A DNA stretch of 64,000 nucleotides from NCBI GenBank assembly GCA_031279015.1, contig JAITJI010000101.1, positions 1,582 to 65,581 of the forward strand. The letters are read 5' to 3'. Within the stretch, counting starts at the first letter, position 1. Every line of letters starts with the position of its first letter. A program made the translations under genes and the position numbers. The notes below the pieces were generated by a model. The model was not told where the DNA came from. It saw nothing but the letters and a program-made list of their open reading frames with translations, and searched no databases. This document shows, one piece after another, positions 37,811 through 45,985 of the stretch. The DNA comes from Spirochaetaceae bacterium (GTDB taxonomy: Bacteria; Spirochaetota; Spirochaetia; Treponematales; Breznakiellaceae).

Positions 37811-38824
37811 TTAATTCTGTTCCCATTGGCCATCCCCTGTTTCAAGGGCGGCGATAAATTCCTCCGCACCGGCAACGATCCCAATATCAGCGTAACGGAA
37901 AATAGGGGCATTTTTATCCGGATTCACCGCTATCAGCGTGGAGACGGATTCGATACCCGCCATGAACGCCGCCGCCCCCGATACCCCGACAGCCACGCAG
38001 AGTTCCGCAGCGCAACGGAGCCCCGACTGCCCGATAATTCCGGCAATTTCCCCCCAGCCGTTAAGGGCTGCGGGACGGCTAAAGCCCAGGGGGGCGCCGA
38101 AGCGTCCGGCGGCGCGCCGAAGCCGGACGCAGGCGGCCTTAGTCCCCAGACCCCGTCCGGCGGCAAAGATCAGCGGAGCTTTTTCCAGGGACCTGGCGGG
38201 AAAGACCTCGGACTGTTCGTAGTCCATAATCCAGGAAGGCAGGCACAGAGGGGCCGCCGGACGGTTTTCTACCCGGTTTTTTGTTTGGGAGGAACCGTTT
38301 CCCGCAGCCCGGACTATTTTGCCGCCGCTGACAGTCACCACCGCGGGCAGCTCTTTAATTTCCGCAGCCCAATCAAGGTTTGAACCGCAAACCTTTTTAC
38401 GGGCAAAAAGCCGTTCTCCCTGCCGGAACAGCATCCTGGTTTCCGGGAAACAGCCACAGCCAAGCCGGGCGGCAAGGCGTACTCCCAGTTCGTGACCGGC
38501 CAGGGAAGAAGGAAACAGGATAAGACCGGGCGGCCGTTCCGCACAGAGGCCCTCCAGCCGGTGGAGGCAGCCTTCGATATTCCGGATGTTCCCGCCGTCC
38601 ATACCGTCCGTATGGGCAAAGCCGCCGCCCGGAAGACCGCAAACAACTACGTCAGGGACCGGGGACCATGCCGGAGACATACCTTGGGACAGGGAGTCAG
38701 GAGAGACGCCGGGCAGCCAGAATTCCACCTGGTCCTCATTTTTTTTGACGGGAACGATAAGCTCCCAGAGGAGGGCGGGGTCCGATGCCTGGAACAGGAC
38801 AAAGGCTATGTTCACTGTCTCCAT
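37811..38824 (-). CDS. divergent electron-transfer-flavoprotein alpha-subunit-like protein
   Basis: C-terminal ...GFSRPAALNGWGEIAGIIGQSGLRCAAELCVAVGVSGAAAFMAGIESVSTLIAVNPDKNAPIFRYADIGIV aligns with the EtfA FAD domain (SR..vd.gw...QiGqtG...Y.a.GISGaiQHlaG...IvAIN.D..ApIf..AD.G.V). The start METVN at 38824 overlaps the EtfB-like stop by 13 nt. Confidence 0.7.
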   Translation of the reverse strand: METVNIAFVLFQASDPALLWELIVPVKKNEDQVEFWLPGVSPDSLSQGMSPAWSPVPDVVVCGLPGGGFAHTDGMDGGNIRNIEGCLHRLEGLCAERPPGLILFPSSLAGHELGVRLAARLGCGCFPETRMLFRQGERLFARKKVCGSNLDWAAEIKELPAVVTVSGGKIVRAAGNGSSQTKNRVENRPAAPLCLPSWIMDYEQSEVFPARSLEKAPLIFAAGRGLGTKAACVRLRRAAGRFGAPLGFSRPAALNGWGEIAGIIGQSGLRCAAELCVAVGVSGAAAFMAGIESVSTLIAVNPDKNAPIFRYADIGIVAGAEEFIAALETGDGQWEQN

Positions 38825-39774
38825 CCATCCAGGTATTCCGTCCGGACCCAGGCGACGGATTGGGCCAGTTCGGCGCCGGCGGGAAGGAAACGGCAAATCT
38901 TCCGCCGTTTTTCCCGGCTAAAAAGCGGAACCCCGCCGGGGTCCCAATTCCCCCCGCCCGGCCCGATCCCGCCGGCAACAGGCGGTTGCGGTTTTTCAGC
39001 CTCCCGTCCTGAGGCGGCCATCCTGGCCCGTAAAGTTACCGCCCGGAGAGCCGCCACGGGACCGTTCCCCAACACCGCCAGCAGGGGCAGCCGGACCCTA
39101 AGCCGTTCCCGGCCGGAGTCGGTCATCCGTTTTACTTCGATCCCTCCGGCGCAGGGGCTAAGTTCCTCGACTCCCGTCAGCGCCGGAATCCCGAGGAACT
39201 CCGCCAAAAACAAGGGGACCGTACCGGTATCGGCCCAGCCCGCCTGGCGGCCCGTGAGAATGAGATCGTAGGCAGCGGGACCAAGGCAACTTCCCAGGAT
39301 AGCCGCAATGTGCCGGGGCCGGAATTCGGAGGCCCCAAGGTTCAATAGCGATACGTCAGACCCTGCGGGGGGAAGGGGGGCGTTGGGGGGGGCCTCCCCC
39401 GCAGAGGGGGCAGCGGAAGACGGGGGCCGGAGGTCCCCGTCTGAAGCGAGGGGGAGACTTCCCCCCTTGTCTTGCCGGCATTGCTCCAAAGCGACATCAC
39501 TCAGATCCAGTACCCGTTCAAAGCCTGCGGCGAACAGAGTCTTACAGAGAGACAACGGGAGGGGAGCTGCGGTAATGGCCGTACATTCCGTTGTTTCGCC
39601 GGAGTCTTCCCAGGCTGAACGCAGCCGCAACGCCGTCTCCAGGGCGCTTTCGTCGAAACATCCGAAAATCCGCTTGACATAGCCTAAACCGGCGGAGAGG
39701 CTAAAGTTATCCCAATCCGCATCAACCACCTGATCAAAATCGGGGACGGCCTTAAAACAAACAGCGATCTTCAT
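38812..39774 (-). CDS. divergent electron-transfer-flavoprotein beta-subunit-like protein with a Pro/Ala/Ser-rich insertion
   Basis: MKIAVCFKAVPDFDQV is the EtfB N-terminus, and LILTGRQAGWADTGTVPLFLAEFLGIPALTGV resembles the EtfB core. A low-complexity insert of about 45 aa (DGDLRPPSSAAPSAGEAPPNAPLPPAGSD) is present. Confidence 0.65.
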   Translation of the reverse strand: MKIAVCFKAVPDFDQVVDADWDNFSLSAGLGYVKRIFGCFDESALETALRLRSAWEDSGETTECTAITAAPLPLSLCKTLFAAGFERVLDLSDVALEQCRQDKGGSLPLASDGDLRPPSSAAPSAGEAPPNAPLPPAGSDVSLLNLGASEFRPRHIAAILGSCLGPAAYDLILTGRQAGWADTGTVPLFLAEFLGIPALTGVEELSPCAGGIEVKRMTDSGRERLRVRLPLLAVLGNGPVAALRAVTLRARMAASGREAEKPQPPVAGGIGPGGGNWDPGGVPLFSREKRRKICRFLPAGAELAQSVAWVRTEYLDGWRQ

Positions 39775-39779
39775 GGGCC

Positions 39780-41204
39780 TTAATCCGTCAGCAGGACGCC
39801 CTTGTTCAGTATCCGGTTCGGGTCCAGGGCCCCTTTAAGTTTACGGAGAAGCGGGTAGGAACTGCCGTGTTCCTCCGGCATCCAGCGGGTGCGGTACTTG
39901 CCCGATCCGTGGTGGTGGGCGATACTGCCCCCCCGCTTTAGCGTTTCTTCCATGATCACCGTAATAACCTTCATGTAATCGCTGCGGGCGGATTCGGCCC
40001 CGTTTTTCACAATAAAACCAAAGGTGAAGTAGATGTTGGTCCCCTGAACGTAGCTGTGGGAGGAGTGCCCTCCGATGAAAACCAGGTTCGGCATTTCCCT
40101 GGGAAGCCGTTCCCGTATGGCCTCGTATATCGCGCCGATGGCGGACCAGGGGGCGGAGATCTCGCAGGTATCCGCCACAACGCCGTGACGGTAGTAAACC
40201 GGTTCGTCCATGTGATAACAGACATCGTTCCGGGTCTTGAGCCAGGACTCAACGGGCCTGGTCCCCAGGCCGGTAGTTTCATAGCGCCCGGCAATTTCGG
40301 CGATCCCCTGCCCGGTGGCGGCGGTAACGGAAGCGGGCCCCTCGGCAAGAAAGAGGAGGACGCAGTAATCGTCCTGGACAGAACCGCTGAACAGGCGCTG
40401 TACCTCCTCGGCATCGTGGAGCCGTACCACTGCGGGCCGGTAGCCTTCTACCATCACTTCCCGGATAAGCTTAAGCCCTGCGGACATACCTTTGATCGCC
40501 CAGGCCCACATCCACCGGGTCTCGGGAGTATGACGGAATATTTTGACGGTCACTTCGGTGATGAAACCCAGCATTCCCTCACTGCCGATAAAAAGATGCC
40601 GCAGATCGGGGCCCACCGAACGGCGGGGACTGTTCTTTATCCGGATAAGCTCACCGTCCGCAAGCACCACCTCAAGGCCCACCAGGAGATCCTCAATGCC
40701 CCCGTAGAGGGTAGAAAACTGACCGATGCTCCGGGTGGCTACAAGGCCCCCCAGATGGGCCAGGGGCAGGGACTGGGGGAAATGGCCGGAAGTAAAACCC
40801 CGTTCATTTAGGTAATTCTCCAGATATTCCAGGGGAGTCCCGCATTTGGCGGTGATCATCATATCTTGTTCGTTAAGGGCAATGATTCCGTTCATCTCAG
40901 AACCATCCAGAATGACTCCGCCCTCCTCCGGTTCAATACTCTGGGTAACACTGGACCCGCCGGTACGGGGAACCGTATCAATCCGGTTTTGATTGAGGAA
41001 GACCAGGGCCTTGGATACCTCTTCCGTATCACGAGGCTTTACCACACAGGCCGCCTGGGGAACCCAATCCTTACCGTCAAACCGTTCATACTGCCTAAAG
41101 CCGATGTAATCCACCGACGCCTTTCTGATTATCTCCGGGTCGTCTTGTACCCGGTCCCCGCCCAGTACGGCCCGTAATCCACTGATGATCGCCTGCTTAT
41201 CCAT
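39780..41204 (-). CDS. FAD-linked oxidase (PCMH fold), AGPS/YgcU-like
   Basis: 474 aa. VPRTGGSSVTQ, GHFPQS..LAHLGGLVATRSIGQFSTLYGGIEDL and GSEGMLGFITEVTVKI. This looks nearer to alkyl-DHAP-synthase-type enzymes than to GlcD-type, judged by eye. Confidence 0.8.
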   Translation of the reverse strand: MDKQAIISGLRAVLGGDRVQDDPEIIRKASVDYIGFRQYERFDGKDWVPQAACVVKPRDTEEVSKALVFLNQNRIDTVPRTGGSSVTQSIEPEEGGVILDGSEMNGIIALNEQDMMITAKCGTPLEYLENYLNERGFTSGHFPQSLPLAHLGGLVATRSIGQFSTLYGGIEDLLVGLEVVLADGELIRIKNSPRRSVGPDLRHLFIGSEGMLGFITEVTVKIFRHTPETRWMWAWAIKGMSAGLKLIREVMVEGYRPAVVRLHDAEEVQRLFSGSVQDDYCVLLFLAEGPASVTAATGQGIAEIAGRYETTGLGTRPVESWLKTRNDVCYHMDEPVYYRHGVVADTCEISAPWSAIGAIYEAIRERLPREMPNLVFIGGHSSHSYVQGTNIYFTFGFIVKNGAESARSDYMKVITVIMEETLKRGGSIAHHHGSGKYRTRWMPEEHGSSYPLLRKLKGALDPNRILNKGVLLTD

Positions 41205-41253
41205 CTATCTTTCCTTCCTGTTCATTTTTCCTTTGTTTCTTCACCGGCCCGGT

Positions 41254-41628
41254 TCATGTCCCGGCCTCAGGACGAAGATCCATTGAGCGGGACGCTATTA
41301 CATCCACGCCGGAATTGCAAATATTTTTTACGATAATGTCCCCACACTTCAGGGGGGCGCTCACTTTCATTTTGTAAAGTACCCGGAGACACCGGCCAAT
41401 CAGCGCCTTAGGCACTTCTTCCCGGCTTATCACCGGCAGCCGGGGCAGGACTCCCCCGGCTATCGCCACGGTGGTGGTGAGCATCCGCGTCGGTTCCCGG
41501 TACTCGTGGATGCCGTGCTTTTCACCCCGAGGACACTCATTGCCGCTGACGGTGATACTCCCCGCGGTTTCGGTAACCGTGAGGCGGCAACTGTTGGGAC
41601 AGACGATACAGATGAATTCCCTTGTCAT
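41254..41628 (-). CDS. DUF1667 domain protein (small Cys-rich subunit of GlpA/NOX-type complexes)
   Basis: MTREFICIVCPNSCRLTV...GNECPRGEKHG...PTRMLTTTV. AGGAGAG lies upstream of the ATG at 41628. Confidence 0.8.
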   Translation of the reverse strand: MTREFICIVCPNSCRLTVTETAGSITVSGNECPRGEKHGIHEYREPTRMLTTTVAIAGGVLPRLPVISREEVPKALIGRCLRVLYKMKVSAPLKCGDIIVKNICNSGVDVIASRSMDLRPEAGT

Positions 41629-41738
41629 AATCTCTCCTGACTTTATAATACCACTCCGTGCCATGTATGGGAGGGGGAAGTCGCGGCAGCTTCACCGCCG
41701 GGCCCTGCGGCCTGCGGTACAGACGCCTCTGCTGCGGC

Positions 41739-42977
41739 CTACCCCCGCATCTCGACCAGCAGGGGTCCCTTGGTTTCGAGCTCAAAACTGAGCATCTCCG
41801 GGGGTGTGACATGGCGGCATCTCCTTTGCAGCCGGACCTGATCCCCGGTAGAACACAGCAGATCCGCCGCCGCTACAGGGTTTTTTACCCGCAGGAAGAA
41901 GGCGGTCTTTCCATCGGAATCCTCCCGGCGAATCCGCTGGGGTACCACAAAGTTGACGTTCTCCCCGGCTTCCACCGGGTCCCAGTCTGGGACGGAGAGT
42001 TCCCCCCGCAGAAACGCCGCCGCACCCCGGGCGGCGGCCTCCCCGGACTGGGATACATAGTCCACCAGGTCAAAGACCGCCGCCACATTTCCCGCAGCGA
42101 AGATCCCCGGCACACTGGTCATACAGGACGAGTCTAAGACCGGCCCCCTGGTCCGGGGATCAAGTTCTATCCCTGCCTTAACGGACAATTCGTTCTCCGG
42201 GATCAGTCCTACCGCCAGTACCAAAAGATCGCAGGGAACCACGGTTTCCGTGCCGGGGAGGGGCTTACGGTCCGGCCCAACCTTGACAGTGGTAACAGAC
42301 TCAAGCCGGTCCCGTCCCCGGATCCGGACGACGGTTTCCGAAAGGTGCAGGGGAATGTTAAAATCGTCAAGGCATTGCACAATGTTCCGGGTCAGCCCGC
42401 CGGGGTTCTCCATCACTTCGTACACTCCCTTTACCTCAATGCCCTCCAGGGTCATACGCCGGGCCATGATGAGTCCGATATCCCCGGAACCGAGGATCAC
42501 CGCAGTCCGCCCCGGCAGGCAGCCTTCCATGTTAATGTAACGCTGTACCGCCCCGGCGGTGAGCACCCCTGCAGGCCGGTCCCCGTAGATCAACACCTGG
42601 GCGGCTGTCCGTTCCCGGCAACCCATGGCCAGGATGATCGCCCCGCACTCAATGTCAAGTATTCCGTCCCGCCTGTTGCAGGCAAAGATCCGCCGGTCCG
42701 CGCCGATCTCAAGGACCGTGGTTTCGGTAAGGGTTTCGATACCCGATGTCTCCACCTGGTCGATAAAAGCCTGGGCGTATTGATTCCCCGACAAGCGGCA
42801 GCCAAAGCGGTGTATCCCAAAACCATCGTGGATACATTGCTGGAGGATGCCCCCCAGATCCGCGTCCCGCTCCAGAAGGAGTACCCTTTCTACACCCTGG
42901 CGCTTGGCTTCCAGGGCTGCCGCCAGTCCTGCGGGGCCCGCGCCGATTACAGCAATACCGGTATGCAGTTTTTTCAT
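41739..42977 (-). CDS. NAD(P)/FAD-dependent pyridine-nucleotide-disulfide-type oxidoreductase (NOX-like partner subunit)
   Basis: Two dinucleotide folds, IAVIGAGPAGLAAALEA and AVILGSGDIGLIMA, plus GIFAAGNV. ATGA overlap with the upstream gene at 42974-42977. Confidence 0.85.
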   Translation of the reverse strand: MKKLHTGIAVIGAGPAGLAAALEAKRQGVERVLLLERDADLGGILQQCIHDGFGIHRFGCRLSGNQYAQAFIDQVETSGIETLTETTVLEIGADRRIFACNRRDGILDIECGAIILAMGCRERTAAQVLIYGDRPAGVLTAGAVQRYINMEGCLPGRTAVILGSGDIGLIMARRMTLEGIEVKGVYEVMENPGGLTRNIVQCLDDFNIPLHLSETVVRIRGRDRLESVTTVKVGPDRKPLPGTETVVPCDLLVLAVGLIPENELSVKAGIELDPRTRGPVLDSSCMTSVPGIFAAGNVAAVFDLVDYVSQSGEAAARGAAAFLRGELSVPDWDPVEAGENVNFVVPQRIRREDSDGKTAFFLRVKNPVAAADLLCSTGDQVRLQRRCRHVTPPEMLSFELETKGPLLVEMRG

Positions 42978-44725
42978 GGTTCCCCCCTGCCCGCTTCAGG
43001 CCGGGTATCCGCCGCCAGTATATTGCTGCCCTCTCCCCGGAGGGTGATTGCCGTCAAGTCCTTCCCCAGTTCCCGGGCCAATAGTTCCACTACCCGGCTC
43101 TGGCAGAACCCCCCCTGGCAGCGGCCCATGCCGGCCCTGGTTCGCCGCTTTACCGCGTCCACCGATACCGGGGGAACCGGAGAACGCATGGCCGCGAGGA
43201 TCTCCCCTTCGGTGATACTTTCGCAACGGCAGACGATCCTGCCGTAGGCCGGGTCCCGGCGGATAAGCTCGTCCTGCTGCTCCCGGCTTAAATGGCGGAA
43301 TTCTTTTTCCCGTTCCCTGACAGGATTGAAGTTGGGATCCCTTTCCAGGGGGAAACCGTCTTTTGCTGCGGCCCTGGTGAAGATATCCTCCACCATTTCG
43401 GCAATCGCCGGCGCTGCCGCCAGCCCCGGCGACTGGATGCCCCCCACGTTGATGAATCCTCCGGTAACCGGGGATAGCTCAATAAAAAAATCCTCTTTGT
43501 AATCCGCCGGACGGTTTCCGGTGAAGAAACGGATAATATCGCCATTGTTGATACCGTAATCTATCCCCAGGGACATGGCGTATGCCAGATCTTCCGGCGT
43601 GGAACTCAGGTCTTCCTTGTCAGGGACCTCCGTCGCCGAAGGGCCCATGAGTATGTTCCATTCCGGGGTACGGCACATACCGCCGCCTTTGGACTCGCTG
43701 TTTGATTTCTTTTGGGCGCTTCCCCCCAGGACCCCCGCCAGGGAGTGATAGACAGGCTTGCGGTTCTTGTCCAGAATCGCGATAGTCCCCTTGCGGGGGT
43801 GGATAGTGTAGCACTTGTCCCCGGCCATGGCGGAAATTTCATCGGCGTATACTCCGGCGCAGTTGATGATGTAGGACGCCTCTATGATGCCCCGGCTGGT
43901 AAGGGCTCCACTTACCCGTTTGTCTTTTGTCAAAATATCCGCCGCAGTACAATTGAACAGAAACCGGACTCCGTTCATGGCGGCGTTCTCCGCCAGGGCT
44001 ATCGCAACTTTGTAAGGCTCTACCAATCCCATGGAAGGAAGCCATATCGCCGCCGCCGGTTCTATCCCCTGTTCTGCAAATCCCGGCTCCAGGCGCTTGG
44101 CCTGTTCCCCGTCAAGGACCTGCGGGTTGAAAACCCCCATGGCACAGGCGCCTTCCGCGGCTTTTTCAAGAAGAGGCAGCGCACGGATGTCGGTAACGGC
44201 CCCCATGAGGCCGCAGCGCTGAAGTTCAAACCCCAGATCCTGCGCCCATTGGGTGTACATCTCGTTTCCCCGGAGGTTAAGCTTTGCCTTGAGGGTTCCC
44301 GGTTTTACATCATGCCCCGGATGGATATTGCCGTTGTTCGCCTTGGTCGCCCCGGAGGCCACGTCATCTCCCTTGTCAATGACGAGGATGCGGAGGCGGT
44401 ACTTTGATAATTCCCTGGCAATGGCGCAGCCGGATATACCCGCGCCGATGATAAGGGCGTCAACAGTATCAATGCGCCCTGCCCTTAGTCCCATTTCCCG
44501 GTACGGACCGTAGTCCTTGCGGGGAGCGGGCCTTCCCCGGACGGAAAGCTCGTTGACTACGTTCCTAACTCCGGACGGCGCCGCCGCCAGATGCCCGGCG
44601 GCAACGACTTCTTCCCAGGCGGCGCATTCGCCCCGAATGGTCAGAATGCCCCGTTCATCTATAGAGAGTTCCGGCTCCACATTCGGGAGGGTTTTTTTCA
44701 AGGTATCTTTGATTGATTCCAGCAT
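42974..44725 (-). CDS. FAD-dependent (GlpA/GlpD-like) dehydrogenase with an N-terminal BON-like domain and a C-terminal BFD-like [2Fe-2S] domain
   Basis: 583 aa. BON-like ILTIRGECAAWEEVVAAGHLAAAPSGVRNVVNELSV, then ALIIGAGISGCAIARELS (FAD fold), then CRCESITEGEI...RAGMGRCQGGFC (BFD-like). Confidence 0.85.
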   Translation of the reverse strand: MLESIKDTLKKTLPNVEPELSIDERGILTIRGECAAWEEVVAAGHLAAAPSGVRNVVNELSVRGRPAPRKDYGPYREMGLRAGRIDTVDALIIGAGISGCAIARELSKYRLRILVIDKGDDVASGATKANNGNIHPGHDVKPGTLKAKLNLRGNEMYTQWAQDLGFELQRCGLMGAVTDIRALPLLEKAAEGACAMGVFNPQVLDGEQAKRLEPGFAEQGIEPAAAIWLPSMGLVEPYKVAIALAENAAMNGVRFLFNCTAADILTKDKRVSGALTSRGIIEASYIINCAGVYADEISAMAGDKCYTIHPRKGTIAILDKNRKPVYHSLAGVLGGSAQKKSNSESKGGGMCRTPEWNILMGPSATEVPDKEDLSSTPEDLAYAMSLGIDYGINNGDIIRFFTGNRPADYKEDFFIELSPVTGGFINVGGIQSPGLAAAPAIAEMVEDIFTRAAAKDGFPLERDPNFNPVREREKEFRHLSREQQDELIRRDPAYGRIVCRCESITEGEILAAMRSPVPPVSVDAVKRRTRAGMGRCQGGFCQSRVVELLARELGKDLTAITLRGEGSNILAADTRPEAGRGEP

Positions 44726-44735
44726 CCGTTCCCCT

Positions 44736-44757
44736 TTGAATGTACACTAATTCGTAC
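44736..44757 (-). promoter_or_regulatory. operator copy 3: GTACGAATTAGTGTACATTCAA (minus strand), 11 nt upstream of the dehydrogenase ATG
   Basis: The reverse complement of 44736-44757 matches GTAC-N8-GTACATTCAA, as found at 45915 and 47690. Confidence 0.6.
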
Positions 44758-44759
44758 TT

Positions 44760-44789
44760 ATGGTAGCTTAGCCGCCGCCGGTCTGTCAA
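44760..44789 (-). promoter_or_regulatory. candidate promoter TTGACA-N18-TACCAT (minus strand) for the flavoprotein operon
   Basis: TTGACA is the reverse complement of 44784-44789, 10 nt past the regulator stop. The operator begins 2 nt after the -10-like hexamer. Confidence 0.45.
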
Positions 44790-44798
44790 GAAACAATT

Positions 44799-45725
44799 TT
44801 AATAAATCTGCATTTCCTTGCGGTGTTCCAGGACGGCAGTTTGACTTTCGGCAATAAGAGGAGGACGAAGAAACACTTTAAGAATATTCCCGATGTTGTA
44901 GTTGTGCTTGTTGATAAGAATAGCCGGAAGAAGGTAGGTTGATCCCCGTTCGTATTCCAGGGGAATCGCCGGAATTTTATATTCCTGTATCCAGGTTTCG
45001 TTCCGGTAAACCAGAAAATCGATCTCCCCGGAAATAAAAAGCGCCCGGCAGGTAACATAGGGACGCTCAATGATCCGTACCTTTTTCCCCTTACAGAGCC
45101 GTTTGGTCAAGACATATTGATCCACGCTGGAAGGATCCACCGCTATGGTATCTCCGCAAGAGATATTCCAAACTCCGGGCCGCTTGCTGCAAAGTACAAA
45201 GGGCGGCGAATATATGCAGCCGTCCAGAAGCATCATGATATCCAAATCGGGATACCTGGCGGCGATCCGGGTTGCCGTGGCCTGGGAAGTAACAGCGAAA
45301 TCGTAGATCATCCGGGATAGGGCGGCTCTCCGTTTATCCGCACCATGAATAAAGGCAAAGTTGAAGGGTACCGGACACTCCCCCATGACATCACAAATTC
45401 CCGTGGCAAGTCCGGCAAGATCGCCGGTAATTGCCGGAGGCATGGTAGCGGTGATATACTCAAGTCCTCCCAGCCGGAAAAGAGCCGCCTGGTTTACGGC
45501 GCTGATATAGGTTCCCATTTTACCCCGTTTTTCCAGGATAATAGCCCCACTGCCCTGTAACCCTTCCAGGGCCTTTTGCACGATTCCCCGGGAAGAAGCG
45601 TGTTTTTGGGTAAATTCATGGATGGTCGGCAGCCGATCCCCGGCGGAAAACCCGATGAGATCTCTGGCGATATAGGTATTGATTAACCAGGATTTCTTAT
45701 ATTTATGAGAAAGATGCTCATGCAA
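44799..45725 (-). CDS. GntR-type winged-helix regulator with a YhfZ-like C-terminal domain
   Basis: 308 aa. IARDLIGFSAGDRLPTIHEFTQKHASSRGIVQKALEGLQGSGAIILEKRGKMGTYI is a GntR HTH. The long C-terminal domain and overall length resemble E. coli YhfZ, from memory and not searched. Confidence 0.65.
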   Translation of the reverse strand: MHEHLSHKYKKSWLINTYIARDLIGFSAGDRLPTIHEFTQKHASSRGIVQKALEGLQGSGAIILEKRGKMGTYISAVNQAALFRLGGLEYITATMPPAITGDLAGLATGICDVMGECPVPFNFAFIHGADKRRAALSRMIYDFAVTSQATATRIAARYPDLDIMMLLDGCIYSPPFVLCSKRPGVWNISCGDTIAVDPSSVDQYVLTKRLCKGKKVRIIERPYVTCRALFISGEIDFLVYRNETWIQEYKIPAIPLEYERGSTYLLPAILINKHNYNIGNILKVFLRPPLIAESQTAVLEHRKEMQIY

Positions 45726-45869
45726 AGGATCTCATCCCCCAACTATATACTTTCATACAAACTGAATTATATAAAAAAAGGAGAAATTGTCCATTACGGC
45801 TGTCTTAAGATCATGCCGGAACCACCAGTCCTCCTTTGCTCCTCTCAAACAAAAAATGCAAAAAAATAT

Positions 45870-45899
45870 TTGACAAGAATGTAATTTGGCTGGTAAAAT
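45870..45899 (+). promoter_or_regulatory. sigma70-type promoter, TTGACA-N15-TGgTAAAAT
   Basis: TTGACA at 45870-45875 and an extended -10 TGgTAAAAT at 45891-45899. Confidence 0.55.
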
Positions 45900-45914
45900 G
45901 AGGAATATCGGATA

Positions 45915-45936
45915 GTACATAAAAATGTACATTCAA
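45915..45936 (+). promoter_or_regulatory. operator copy 1: GTACATAAAAATGTACATTCAA
   Basis: Starts exactly 15 nt after the -10. Contains the palindrome GTACAT-aaaa-ATGTAC. Confidence 0.6.
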
Positions 45937-45985
45937 TAATTCCGGCCGGTTATTGATCCGAAAAAAGTATGCCAAGGAGGACTAA

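Noticed and set aside
38492-44407. Several long plus-strand ORFs (38492-39271, 40056-40811, 42345-43247, 43712-44407)
   Set aside because: All lie antisense to motif-bearing minus-strand flavoprotein genes in a very G+C-rich stretch where stop codons are rare. Their products are Arg/Pro/Gly-rich.
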